Positions 52,601 through 64,000 of a stretch of DNA of 64,000 nucleotides are shown piece after piece. Positions within the stretch are counted from its first letter, which is position 1; the number at the start of each line of letters is the position of its first letter. The notes beneath the pieces were generated by a model that was not told where the DNA came from, did no database searches, and was given only the letters and a program-made list of their open reading frames with translations. The position numbers were made by a program, and so were the translations under genes. The stretch comes from Raillietiella orientalis (taxonomy: Eukaryota). Where the stretch lies: the NCBI GenBank assembly GCA_036172245.1, contig JAYWIR010000078.1, positions 124,001 through 188,000 on the forward strand, written 5' to 3'.

Positions 52601-53996
52601 GGAGTATACATTCAAGGACATAATACAGTATAATCAACAGATTGATATGAAAACACTTGCAGGAATACACAGAAAAAGACTAATGCAAAACTAGCTAGTA
52701 ATCATCATAATTGAATATCAAACACTGAAAATTATGAGTGTAAGAGTTCTCACTTTCAAATATTGAGGCAAATTATAATGAATGGTTATGATGAACTTAC
52801 CATAACTGTTCATCAGATATGATCAACATAATCAAATCAAACTATAATGAATTACGACGACTCATTCAATATTCAGCTCAGAAGTTAAGAAAAAATCCCA
52901 CACATGAACTGTGCTGAATATTAACACAAAGAGTATTAAAAGTGTCCAAATTGGAACCCATCCCATTCCTCATTGTGAAAGATCTGAACAAAATTTCCAA
53001 GGAGTCTTTCTGAAATATCTGCAGAATGAGTGGAAATAAGATCATGTGATCCTCTATATCAAAGTATTATTTGTACCAGCATATAAAAATTCCAATTTAG
53101 TTTGGATTTTTCCAATTTATCACATAAAAAATTCATTATTTTGATGCAAAAAGTGTACCATTCAAATTTCTACAAAGACTATCCAATGTTCATGCTTCTT
53201 AAAGATAACATCTTCACCAATATGTGAAATAAATCAGTACAAACATCACACTCAATGTTAATGAAATTTAATCATTCAAGTGTGCTTTGTTCTCAACTTA
53301 AAATTTTTTATTCCAATTTTCTAAAAGCTTTCATACATTGGAAATAAAGTTTCTGTTTCCCTGATGACCCCCATGCACATACTTTCAACCAAAAATAATC
53401 ACTCAATCAAGAAACAGGTGTTGAAACTGAAGACACGAAAAACTGTTTCAATTGGAATTCACGAGACTCACATGAACACTAACCAACGTTGTAGTAGTGA
53501 CAATTTATTTTTTAAAGTTGATGATCACAGTGAAAAAACAAACAAACAAACAAGATTATTAATGTTTATCCAATTATATAAAATACTGCTTATAAGCCGC
53601 AATCAAGAAAAATGCACAGTGCTATTTAGAGTCAATAACAATCAACATCTGCACAAGTAATTCAAAATAACAAAGCTCTCAAACTATGTACTCAAATCTT
53701 AAGTTCACTGAACTTACATTATTTTCACAATGTTTCCAGCATAGATCTGCAAGACTTTTATGATAATTAAAAAATGATGAAGGTAAATCTTTCAAATGCA
53801 CAAATTCGGCTTTCAAATTAATATAATGAGAAAGCAAATGTTTTTTGACAACAATGTCATCTTCATAGACATTTAGGACTTGATTCTTCCAGATATTGTA
53901 TAATTTGTAGAATGAATATGAAACAACACCTGCACTTACAATAGTAACTGAATACAGAAGCGGTGTTCTATGTTCTTGCCAAAAATGCAAATTCAT
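49667..53996 (-). CDS. Stand-alone class I SAM methyltransferase resembling the OvoA C-terminal (mercaptohistidine N-methyltransferase) domain, with N-terminal hydrophobic anchor; 4 exons (53996-53718, 50385-50167, 50116-49910, 49864-49667), 300 aa
   Basis: Motifs NVYEDDIVVKKHLLSHY, SLADLC, VLDAGCGTGRTSFELSSYFKEVVGVDQS, KVTFHQGDLQNL, KPEAFL..I...L.SGGILVIASDYYW, LKKILS..FQLI and DTERIHK...VSVWR. These follow the OvoA methyltransferase pattern (NxYE...Y..FHY, LDxGCxxGRxSFEL, FxQGDAxNL, GGxLVxxSPYTW, ETxRK...TxW). All junctions are phase 0 GT-AG. Confidence 0.8.
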
Positions 53997-56264
53997 AATT
54001 TTAAACTCATTGGCAGCATTTCACTAAGGTATGAACCACTGTCGCTGTTCGGAAAGAATGTCTGAAAGTATAAACATTTTTCTTACATATACGTTCCTAT
54101 GTACAAAACAGTAAAATTAAATCAAAAGGAATATACGGGAATTATGACTCATACGAAGAATAAGAAATCCATTAGGTAGTAAATTATTAAAATGACATGA
54201 AAAACTGTTAATGTGGCACTAATATAAAACACATTCAGCTCTGTATAGTTTTCAAGAACACACTATTTTTAAATTTTTTGCAAAAAAACATAAATGACAC
54301 ATAGCAAAATCTTCGTGATCTCCCATAACAATGTAGCAAAGAAAATGCCATGTTGTTGTTTCTCTATTTCTAACAAGGAGCGAATGTAAATTCGTTTGCT
54401 GTTCCCGTAGGAGTTTTACTGAAAAATGAAATTCAGAAATACCAAGTTCCCAAGCAGCAACAAAAGTACGAACACTGGTTTTGCTGACCGAAAATCCTTA
54501 GATTTTATCACATGATCTTAGATTATTATTCGAAAAGAGTAAGCTACTGAGATTCAAAATTACATATAAAGTAAGTTTGGAAAAATCTTTTCGAGGAAAA
54601 CAGGAATTCTCAAATTCATGGAACTTGAAAGTTTTTAGACCTTGAAATTGAGATATTTAATCCACAAATCAGATTATGGCGACTCATATAAAAGCAGGAA
54701 TGATGGAAAACAACAATAAATGTGAATTATACAAGAAAATGATGATCTATAGTTGAATGTGCATACTAAGAATACTCAAAAATGAGAACTTGTTTTGAAA
54801 ATTTCTGACAAAGCATAAAAGTCAGGTAGATGAAAAAGATAAATTCTTGACTATGCATTGATTTCAGTGTTCCAAGAATAAATATAACAATCAGGTCATA
54901 AATGCAGAATCAAAATGCAAGAATCGGTTATGTGTGAACTGCTCTAAGTTTTCAACTAGCAATAATTACGCCTCCGCAAGCGCCCTCGGCTATAATATTG
55001 CCCGTCTGAAATTAAAGTCATACAATTTTAGAATTTTTTGCCAATAATGGAACTAATACTGCATAATTTTCTTTTTTTTCCATTCTATGAAGTGCAGCCA
55101 AATTTGTGTTTTATGAGAAACTGACGATTAAAGGATATGGTTTGTAATTGTTCCGATGACAATGAATCTCATTTTGCATCCATACTTTCTAGGATTCAAA
55201 ACATACACAAGTCTGAATAAAAAAAACCCTATGAAATAGAAAACACATTGTATTGGAACCAACAACACTTCTCTAGACATTAACAAAAGGATGCCAGTTG
55301 GGGAGAGAGAATAAAAATACTGTCGAATGTTTTGAAGATTTTCAAAATATTCCACTGTCATTTAGACTTCATTTTTATGAATGACAAATTGTACTACAGC
55401 AATCCTATTCGGAAATCTGAACCTTTTCCAGAAATTAATAAGGTAAAACATGTGTACAAATGCAATTTAAATTCGACTCTTGGTAGTCTTTTTATTCGAG
55501 TCTCTATTTGTTGTTTGAGAAAAGCCTTAAAAACAGTCTATTTCTTCGAAGCAAATTATTTCTATTTACTGATCTTGGGCTTATGAATGCAAGCACGATT
55601 GTTCCGAATATTTTTTATCTGCGAACATCTGGGTAGATTGGAAAATTTCCAAGCTGCAGAATAATTTGTTTTTTCTGACTCTACTAATAGTTTTCTTTTT
55701 TCCGTGCTTTTCTAAGAACTCAGGAGTTTACTTATTCCACACGTACTGAAATAAAGTATTATGTGTTGTTTCCTAGTTTACGGTACTTTACAGTTATATG
55801 CTCATATAGACAAAATAATTTACGGTTTCGGAGGATTTCTGTACTTTTTTTTTTGATGAAATAGTTCATTTATTTTTCTACATCACATAATAAGTGGGAA
55901 ATTCATAACTGTGGAATTAAACACATTGGAATATGTCCAAGTTTTCGAAATTTACTATGTAAAAAACTCAGTCGACTACCTGCTCGAAAGGAAACCCGTT
56001 CCAGCATCAAGTTTTTCTTAAAATTCCATCCATTTTAAAAAGAATATTAAGCTAAATATTTTTCCTGATTGTTTGAGAATATAAAATGAAAACTTACAAG
56101 CAAATTATTTCGAAGTCGTGTGTGTTATTATATAAGCATATCTAAAGTGGCATATTAAACGTGCATGAGTTGGGAATGGAATTATGAAAGCGAGAGCTGA
56201 GGTGAACGTTTAAACGGAGGAGGTAGGAAAAAAGTGACCGTGTGAGGCAGGTTTCAAGCAAAAA

Positions 56265-56983
56265 ATGTGCAGTGATGATGGCCCTGGATTCGTGGGAATT
56301 AGGTTTTGTCAGGAATGGTGAGTATACTTGCTTCTAAATTTGAATTGTACTTCAATATTGAATTTCTTGTTTTAGCAATAATATGCTGTATCCTAAAGAA
56401 GATAAAGAAAATAAAGTACTGTTATATGCCGTAAGTTTAGAAATTTTCTCCAGTTCTTTTATTTCTCCAATTTGATTTATTATCATTGTTTCATACATTT
56501 TTCTTGTTCCCTCTATCAACGATTGTCTATATGTGGGTGCAAATATACATATGTAGTTGACCATCTGGAGCACATTTTTGATGTTCTCCATCATATATGT
56601 GTGTTTTTTTTTTTCAGTGCAGAAATTGTGATTATAAGCAAATAGCTGATAATAATTGTATCTATGTGAACAAGTTGATGCATGAGGTTGAGTAAGTTTT
56701 TTTTTTTTTTAAAAAAAAAAACTTTTAAATGTTTTGTATTTTGTTATAGTGAATTAACGCAAATTGTGTCTGATGTTATATCAGATCCTACTTTACCCAG
56801 AACAGAAGATCACAATTGTCCCAAATGTGGTCATCGTGAAGCTGTGTTCTTTCAGGCTCAAAGCCGCCGTGCTGAGGTACTGAAACAAACCATCAATTTT
56901 ATCTTAGTTCTCTTAATTAGGAAGAAATGAGGCTTTATTATGTATGTACAAATCCTCACTGCACCCATCGTTGGACAGAATGA
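56265..56983 (+). CDS. POLR2I: DNA-directed RNA polymerase II subunit RPB9; 5 exons (56265-56317, 56376-56430, 56618-56691, 56750-56876, 56921-56983)
   Basis: [37 protein letters not shown]...[51 protein letters not shown]. Confidence 0.97.
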
Positions 56984-59900
56984 TAGAATAATAAGATTCT
57001 TCATTATATTCAGTTTAGATTAAGATTTTCTTTTTTACAAAAAGTTTCATCAGTAACAGTGCTTGTTTGACTTGACAAAGTTTGCATTTTTACCTCAGTA
57101 ATTTTTGATAATCAAAATTCGATTCAAGATGTATTTGAATCAGAGGATAAAGTGATAACATTTCTAACGAGGATTTGAATGCATGCTGCACTGGAATTGG
57201 AGTTTGTTTAGGGAATGTTGTAAGTTAATTTCTTTGTTCATGTTATTCTCCAACATCAATAACAACAGTTGAAGATTAAAGAGTCTCAAAGTTTCTATCA
57301 ACCAAGAGTTTGTGACTTTATTACCAAATGTCAGGTATTCTAATGAATAAAAGTGAATTTTGCTTTATGGTCTCAGTTAATTAATTCTTTGCAAGTGAAT
57401 TCCTTAATGAATGAAAAAATTTGTAATGTGACTGATGTTATGTTAGAGCAATAGGTATCTTTTTTCACATTAATTTTGTAAGTAGTGTTTATTGTAATAA
57501 AGCAATATGTGATTCATTGTCTGTTTTATTAAAAATGAAATTAGCATGAAGTATATACACAAGTTTGCCTTTAGTTAAAAGTTGGGTATTCTGAATAATT
57601 CGTTCATAACTTTAATGAATTTGGGAAAACTTTTTTCAAAGTATTTAATTGGTTCCAAGAAGATCCTGTTTAATACATTCAGGACTGTGAATTGTAAATA
57701 GCATATTTTCTAGGGCATGTTTGTTCTGTTTTCAGAAAGCTGTTTTCAAAAACTTATCAAGCTTCATTCAAAAATATATAAAAGTGAAAAACAAGTAGGA
57801 AACTGTGTGTACTTGTACAAAGAAACTAGATGTTGCATGGAATGTAATCTTTGCTTTCAGTTTGCATTAATGTATTGTGGTATGCCAATTATTTGGCACT
57901 GCATGTTTGCTTAATTGTTTTTCTTGAGTATTTCCAGAAATATTTAACCTATATAGAACTTGTACATTAAGGAAACACAATTAAATTCATCAGGACAATG
58001 GTAAAAGAAGGCAACTGCGCGTATGTGCAATTTATTTTACCCAAAACATAAATTTTAACAACCATAATTTTTCAACTTTTTGTTGCTTTCCGAATCATCG
58101 GAGTTTATTTATGCAAACTGTTACAAGCACTGTTTCAGAATGCAGAATGTGTAAAAGTTTGCCATGCAAATATCGTTAATGCATTTGAAGTGAAGTTGGA
58201 AGAAAAAATCAAAAAGGTTAAAAAATATACCTGCAGCTTTATAGAGATGATGACCTACTCACAGATGAAAGGCGATTTTCATCAACTTTTAGAAAATTGT
58301 CTGTAAGGTGGTGAAGAGTCATAATCAACATGTACATCCTGATAAATGTCGATCTTCAAAGCCCCCGTATGAGCCTAATTTAAAAATTGTAGTACATTAT
58401 CCATTATCGTACCTACAACTTTGCATTTGTGCATCATTTGTGCAGCATTTGAGGAAAAGATTGTAACGACTCGGGGGAGTTCAATGATTTTACACAAGGT
58501 TTTTTAAGATTTGAGGTACTAGTGAAATTTCCATTTGAATAATTTCTTGGTACAGGCATTTCCTGCTATTACATACACACATTTGCCAGTTTTTTGAGCT
58601 CAGATTTTTATTTAGATGAAAATATTGTAGCATTCCGTAATCAAGAAAGCAAGCAGTTGTTATTTTGAATATATACTAAATCTCTAAGGACAATAGGATT
58701 CTTCATTACGAAGTTGTGTGCTTTGCCATTTATTTTCTGCTGATTAAATTTTTTTGTAATCACCAGCTGCGAAAGAAAGATGAGTATAAATTTCGAGTAA
58801 TGAAATTGTTTTAACCTAAAAGAAATTAAGCAAATGCTTTTATCATGAACTGTGTATTTTTTTGTAATTTACACTTCCAGGGCGGAAACATAAGATACAT
58901 ATGGAAATTTAGTAGCACTCTTGATGAAAGTTTAAGTTTTAACTAAACATATGGAGTTCCTAGATTTTGTAGGGGCCTTGTCTAATAAGCGCTTTCATTT
59001 TAGTGTACATTTTAGATTTAATTCTGGTTCATGCTTTCGGTTACAAAACTATTGCATTTATTCGTATATGTTATGTTAATATTTTATTTGTTTTATTTTT
59101 TGTTTTTTTCATTACGTATTAATTTGCTTGCATGTTTCAAATGTTTCATGCAGTGTTGCCAGTTTTCAGTTTGTATCACTCATGTTAAATCATGTGATCA
59201 GAAAAAGAACATTTTTAATGTTTTTATTTTTTTAATAATTCCGTCAGCATCATGGACTACGAATTTCGCGGAGCTTTAAACATCGAATGCAGTTGCAATG
59301 ATTTCAGGGGCATTATACACCTCGATCCTAACGTATGCCACGAATGTATCCATGTATATGTTACTTTTTTAAAAAAAAAAAAAAACATTCTGGTTCGAAC
59401 CGTTAATCATCTCTTATTGCCGTCGAGGCAAATAAAAAGCACTTGCGAGTAATTTTGTTTGCAGAGCCCTGAGTTCTGGCATTCATCGATTGTTTTCGTT
59501 TTCTGGCACATCTCGTATCAAGAAACGCTTACATGCATCCTCATCAGCGATTCCTGTTTTCGTACTGCATGCCCGGCACTAAAGCCGATTTTTATAATCG
59601 TGTGTGCTCTGTTTCGTGAATACATGAAGCAGTCGCGCTTTTGCCTTTAACTTTACTCGTTTGTTAAATTATGGTTTCATGAAAAAAATAATAATCTGCA
59701 CACTTTGCCATTTTCTGTGCTTGCCGAAATTTCCGATCTGACTGCTGTTACAGATAATCTCAGAAAGATTCTGATAAGGATTAATGCATAATGTAAAGCA
59801 TTTTTCCACGTCACAGCTTGTGTGTTTTCCTTGTAATGGATTGTATTTAAGTTCATCATTCACCCGGTCTGGCCACAATAATAAATGTGTCATTATGAAA

Positions 59901-60565
59901 GTCGCGTGCTCACATGTGTTAATCATTTTCGTAATATAGATGTTGGGTTTTAGATTCTTTGTTCTGCTCGCATATGTGCTTGCCGAAAATTCTATTACCG
60001 GGAAAGTCAATATCACCTCAAGTTTAACACAATCCGGAATAATTCTGCATTGAAATAAGCGTTTACTTGCCAGGCAAGCATGATGGCATTTCCGAATCGA
60101 TCAGTGATACCAGTAAGGATGTTCATCACACTTCCTAGATTCTTTGTTTGTAGAAATATCAAAGGTAAAATATAGCTTGTACTTTGTGACTGCAATTGTT
60201 TGCAATCTTATAATGATTTTAAAACCAGGCGATTGAACCAGGTAAAGAGTACTGTGAAATGAAAGTTGCATCGGGAACATTCCCCATTGGAGATTAACGA
60301 ATTTGGTTGATATCGAGTGAAGATGTTTATGATTTTTATGAGTAAGTAACTTGAATTTTTCAAGACGGTTCCATACTAATTACCAATTATATTATTCACA
60401 TCATTTCTTTCGTTCATGTCTGGCCTACATGAAAGGAAACACCGTAGTGAATGCCTAGTGTACTTGAAGGTTTCATGGGAAAACCAAAATTAGTAATGAG
60501 AAAATCAACGTGAATACTATACATGCAAAAATAAATTGTATTCTATTTGATTCTGGGTGTCATTA

Positions 60566-61407
60566 TCAAACGATGATAGCATCTTCATACACGAAATGCA
60601 GTGGAACCGAGTGCGTGGTTTCCCCATCAAAAGGTAAATTCTGCCTTCCTTCAAGTACTTCATTTATGTTCCTCGCTCTCAAATTCCGTAGCCCATCATC
60701 GAAATTCGTGAAAGAGGCTCCATTCACATCAGAAATGGGGATGAAAGATTGGGAACTTCTTGGAAAGCCATTCGGTCTTTCGCTGAAGAAATTATTTCGG
60801 CTAGGATTGTTCTCAGTGTTCCGATTCCTTGACTGAAACGGGAAACTTGGGTCGAAAGTTTCCGAACTTCTTGCATTGGTTGGAAATCCTTGCGCTATTG
60901 TTTTGTGATTATTGAAAGAATCAGGAAATGATCTTTCCTGCTCTGTAGAATCGAATATTCCTTGAAAAGTACGAGGTGGGCTGAAATCAAACGGTCTCAC
61001 CAGGGAGTTTTCTTGCTTGTTGAAAGGATTGGGGAAACTGTTGAAGTTGTGGATTGGTGCATTCTGTGTCGGATTATTAGGAGGATCACTAGGACCACCA
61101 TTGTGCACACTTCTGTCGAAACTATTAGCAAAACTGCGCTCTTCTGGTTTCGGATGAATCGGAGAAAAATCATTGGGAAACTGATTAGGATTGAATCTCC
61201 TGAAAGCGTTGTTGCGAAATGGCGATGGTCCATCAGGAACCAAGGGACGGAATCTTTGATTATTTTCACCATTGATCGATCTCGAAGATGCGTCTTGGGA
61301 ATTTTGTAAAGCACCGAAGAATGCAAATGGCGATTGCGATGCTTCATTTCCCAAAATTTTGGGTGGCGGTCTTGCTGGTTCTTGGAACGAGAAAGCGTTA
61401 TTTTTCC
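60566..61407 (-). CDS. Probable terminal coding exon of an unidentified Pro/Asn/Phe/Ser-rich low-complexity protein
   Basis: About 280 open codons after a strong poly-T...TAG acceptor (61408-61409), with repeated F/N/P/S/R motifs (RFNPNQFPNDFSP, NFNSFPNPF). Upstream exons are unresolved; a phase-1 gtaaga donor near 62927 is compatible. Confidence 0.6.
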
Positions 61408-62754
61408 CTAAAAAAAAGCAAAAAAAAAAAAAAAAAAGAATGATAATATATGAGACGATCAACTAAAAGAATGTTTTGCATGCAAACAGCTTTATCCTAC
61501 TATGAATTAAAGCTGTTTAACAGATGAAGTTCTCGGTTGTCCCCGATAAATAATGATTTAACTTCGTTCAGAAAGATCGTTTAATTTATATGCGCTGTCC
61601 GCTTGGTTCTCGCAAAGAATCTCATTCATTAATCAACGCATGTGATTTAGCAGCTAATTTCAGACGAAAATTCCTTAAATGAGCATGCAATTTGTTTAAA
61701 ATTTAATTTAAAAGTTCTCGAGCATCAGGTTCGAACAGCATGGAATTTTAAAATCATAATGCTGTACACGCAGGAGATAGAGCAATCTAAGTGTAAGCGG
61801 GCATCTTTATTTGCGGATCCGCACGTAAGTGAATATGAAATTTGAAATGTAAGGATTTTAGACAAAAAATGGACAAATGTGGTGAGCAGGTGAATTCTTA
61901 GTGGGAACTGTGGGTCGATGTTGTTCGAAGTGATTTTCCCGAACGACAGAGAGCGTCGAAGATGATTTTAGCGCTTTCTATGAGTTTCCGCGGCCGTGTA
62001 GTATATCTGAACGGATGCTGCCTGTGGCACCTGGGGTCAGTCTGGTGCGCTATGGTCCGTTCCACCTGCAAGAGCTTCGAACGCACCGCAACGCGGTCAA
62101 CAGCTCAAAAGTTGCAGCAGCCCCGGATGGAATCGTTCCCCTTGCGGCTGCAAAGCTTGCATCGGAGCTCGTGACGGAAAAGTCCCTCTCTAGAGATCGC
62201 CACAGAGCAGCGAACATTCTTTGCTTCCTTTTCGGTGGTGCCTCCACCTTTTCTGGCTCTCATTTTCAGCGTCCTCCGAGGCATCGACCTCCCGCAGCGT
62301 CTCAGCGTGCACACTGTTTTTGGAACTCAAGACCTACCATGACGTTTCGAGCGTTTCTGAATTTGCTTTCGCATATTAATTTAAAGATTCAGATATCAGT
62401 TATTGAATTTTACACCCTCAGTCGTCAATTTCTTCCTTTTTTCTCATAGAACGCAAAAGAAAAATGAAACGGTACACCAGCGTTTTCTTTTCTTTTTTTC
62501 TTTTTTTTGCAAAGAGGCATGTAGGATTTTTGATGTGCAGTTAAATTTCATTTCCTACCTTGAAATGATTGTGGCAACGGATCGACAAATCCATCTTCAT
62601 CTTTATCTTCCGAGAAACCTGTTAATGATATGTCATCTTCTTCTGGAGATATTGGTTTCAACGCAGTATGCCCGAACGCTCCTTCAAAAAAAGATGACAA
62701 ATGAAAACCAAAAAAAAAAAAAAAAAAATGACAATTATCTATGTATTAAATAGG

Positions 62755-62775
62755 TGAGAGAGAGAGAGAGAGAGA
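62755..62775. repeat. (GA)n microsatellite
   Basis: gagagagagagagagagagag. Confidence 0.85.
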
Positions 62776-64000
62776 AAAAAAAAAGAAGAGAAACTCCCTA
62801 GCTGAAACCTACTTTGGATTGTGATTTCCGGAAGCAGGTGTTCCGTTTCAGTCAGTCGAAATTCAATGGTGTGCGCGAATCGAGATGGGCTGTGTTTCGG
62901 ACGCGTATGTTCTCATGGGATTCTTACCTGCGAGTTCATGCAGGGTGCGTGTAAGAGCTGAAGACGTGAATCCTTGCTCATCTCCAGTCTCATAAATCTT
63001 TCCGTCTGCCCGACCGAGTTCAGGCGAAGACAGCTGACCGGACAAATCTCCGTGTGCGGCGGACACAAGTCAACAGGTTGGATTGGACGCTGTGAGAAAG
63101 CAAACAACGCGGTGATTCCGCTGTGTCGAGTAGTTCGCGGGAACACCTCCGAGCTGTCGGGGTGTGCTCCAGTTTCCGAGAGAACCGCATCCTGAATGTG
63201 GACCGCACAGTTATCTGTCGCACAGCGTTTCAGGTGCAACTGCACTGCATCAAGGGCATGGTAGGGATATTCAGTTTCGCTTTGAAGGTCCAGTCGGTGT
63301 TGCATCATTTTTTGCTCGTGAAAATACGACTGTTTTCTTTCTTTCTTTCTTTCTTTTTTTTTCAAAAAAAAGAAAAACAAAAAGAAAAACTCATTCTAAG
63401 GGCGCATTCTCTCAAGTTCATTTGCTCCTCGAAGAGCAGGGGAAATTCAGGTTATCAGAAGTGGATTTCAGAATGCCAGCAACGCATATGCAATTCTTTA
63501 CAGCAGTTTTGCTTTTTTTTTTTTTTGACCATCGCGTTTTCCTTTATTCTACTTTGCGAGTTATTTTTCAGATCGGAGCCTGGCTTGAATGGAGGGAAGT
63601 CTAGAGGCTCGCTTGTCGTGGAAGTTTAGCATATTCGAGATTAAGAGAAGTTTTTTTTTTTTTTTTTTCTGAATTGGTTTCGCGTCAATGTAGTCATCTG
63701 AAATGGTGTGTTAATCAAACGCATGATGAAAATTTGGGTGGGCATTGCCTGTAGGTTCCTGGGCGTTGGCAGCAAAAATACGCCCCATCCCTTAAAGGAG
63801 CACACCCTTTTTGACTTGAGAAGAAAGGTGCGGAGAATCCCCTATCTTCTGATAAACCGAGACGTCCGACAAATGGCTTGAACTCGTTCTATAAAATAAA
63901 TTCCTTGATTCTGATTCCACAGTTATGTAATCGATACACACTTTTCAGGTTATCATTCGGACGTACACTGATGCGTGTGATTACTTGGTAATTAAATTTT

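Noticed and set aside
1..64000. CRISPR arrays, rRNA, tRNA, prokaryotic operons or defence systems
   Set aside because: The sequence is spliceosomal-intron-containing animal DNA. I saw no regularly spaced repeat-spacer array or structural RNA gene.

Overview
Eukaryotic, intron-rich, mostly AT-rich animal DNA. It is probably arthropod, since it carries a Rebers-Riddiford cuticle protein gene and lines. I spliced the genes by hand. Minus strand: mRpL37 (3' part not resolved), a membrane-anchored TTLL15-like ligase, a His/Gly/Pro-rich cuticle protein inside a GC-rich island, and DHTKD1. Plus strand: an ENTPD5/6-like NTPDase with two GC-AG introns, PPP5C with a 52-nt U12-type intron, and RPB9/POLR2I. 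Most introns are very short (37-56 nt). The most unusual structure is a same-strand, promoter-less run of three unrelated genes on the minus strand (47246-53996). It consists of a stand-alone OvoA-like (ovothiol-type) methyltransferase whose stop codon overlaps the ATG of an intronless lines gene, followed 72 nt later by NTPCR. Each ORF is preceded by an acceptor-like CAG, so this looks like an operon-like, polycistronic or shared-leader unit. The NTPCR stop lies only 24 nt from the convergent PPP5C stop. Degenerate restriction-like-endonuclease non-LTR retrotransposon remnants and a GC-rich insert flanked by a 27-bp direct repeat are also present. I found no rRNA, tRNA or CRISPR. All homology calls come from motif recognition, not database searches.
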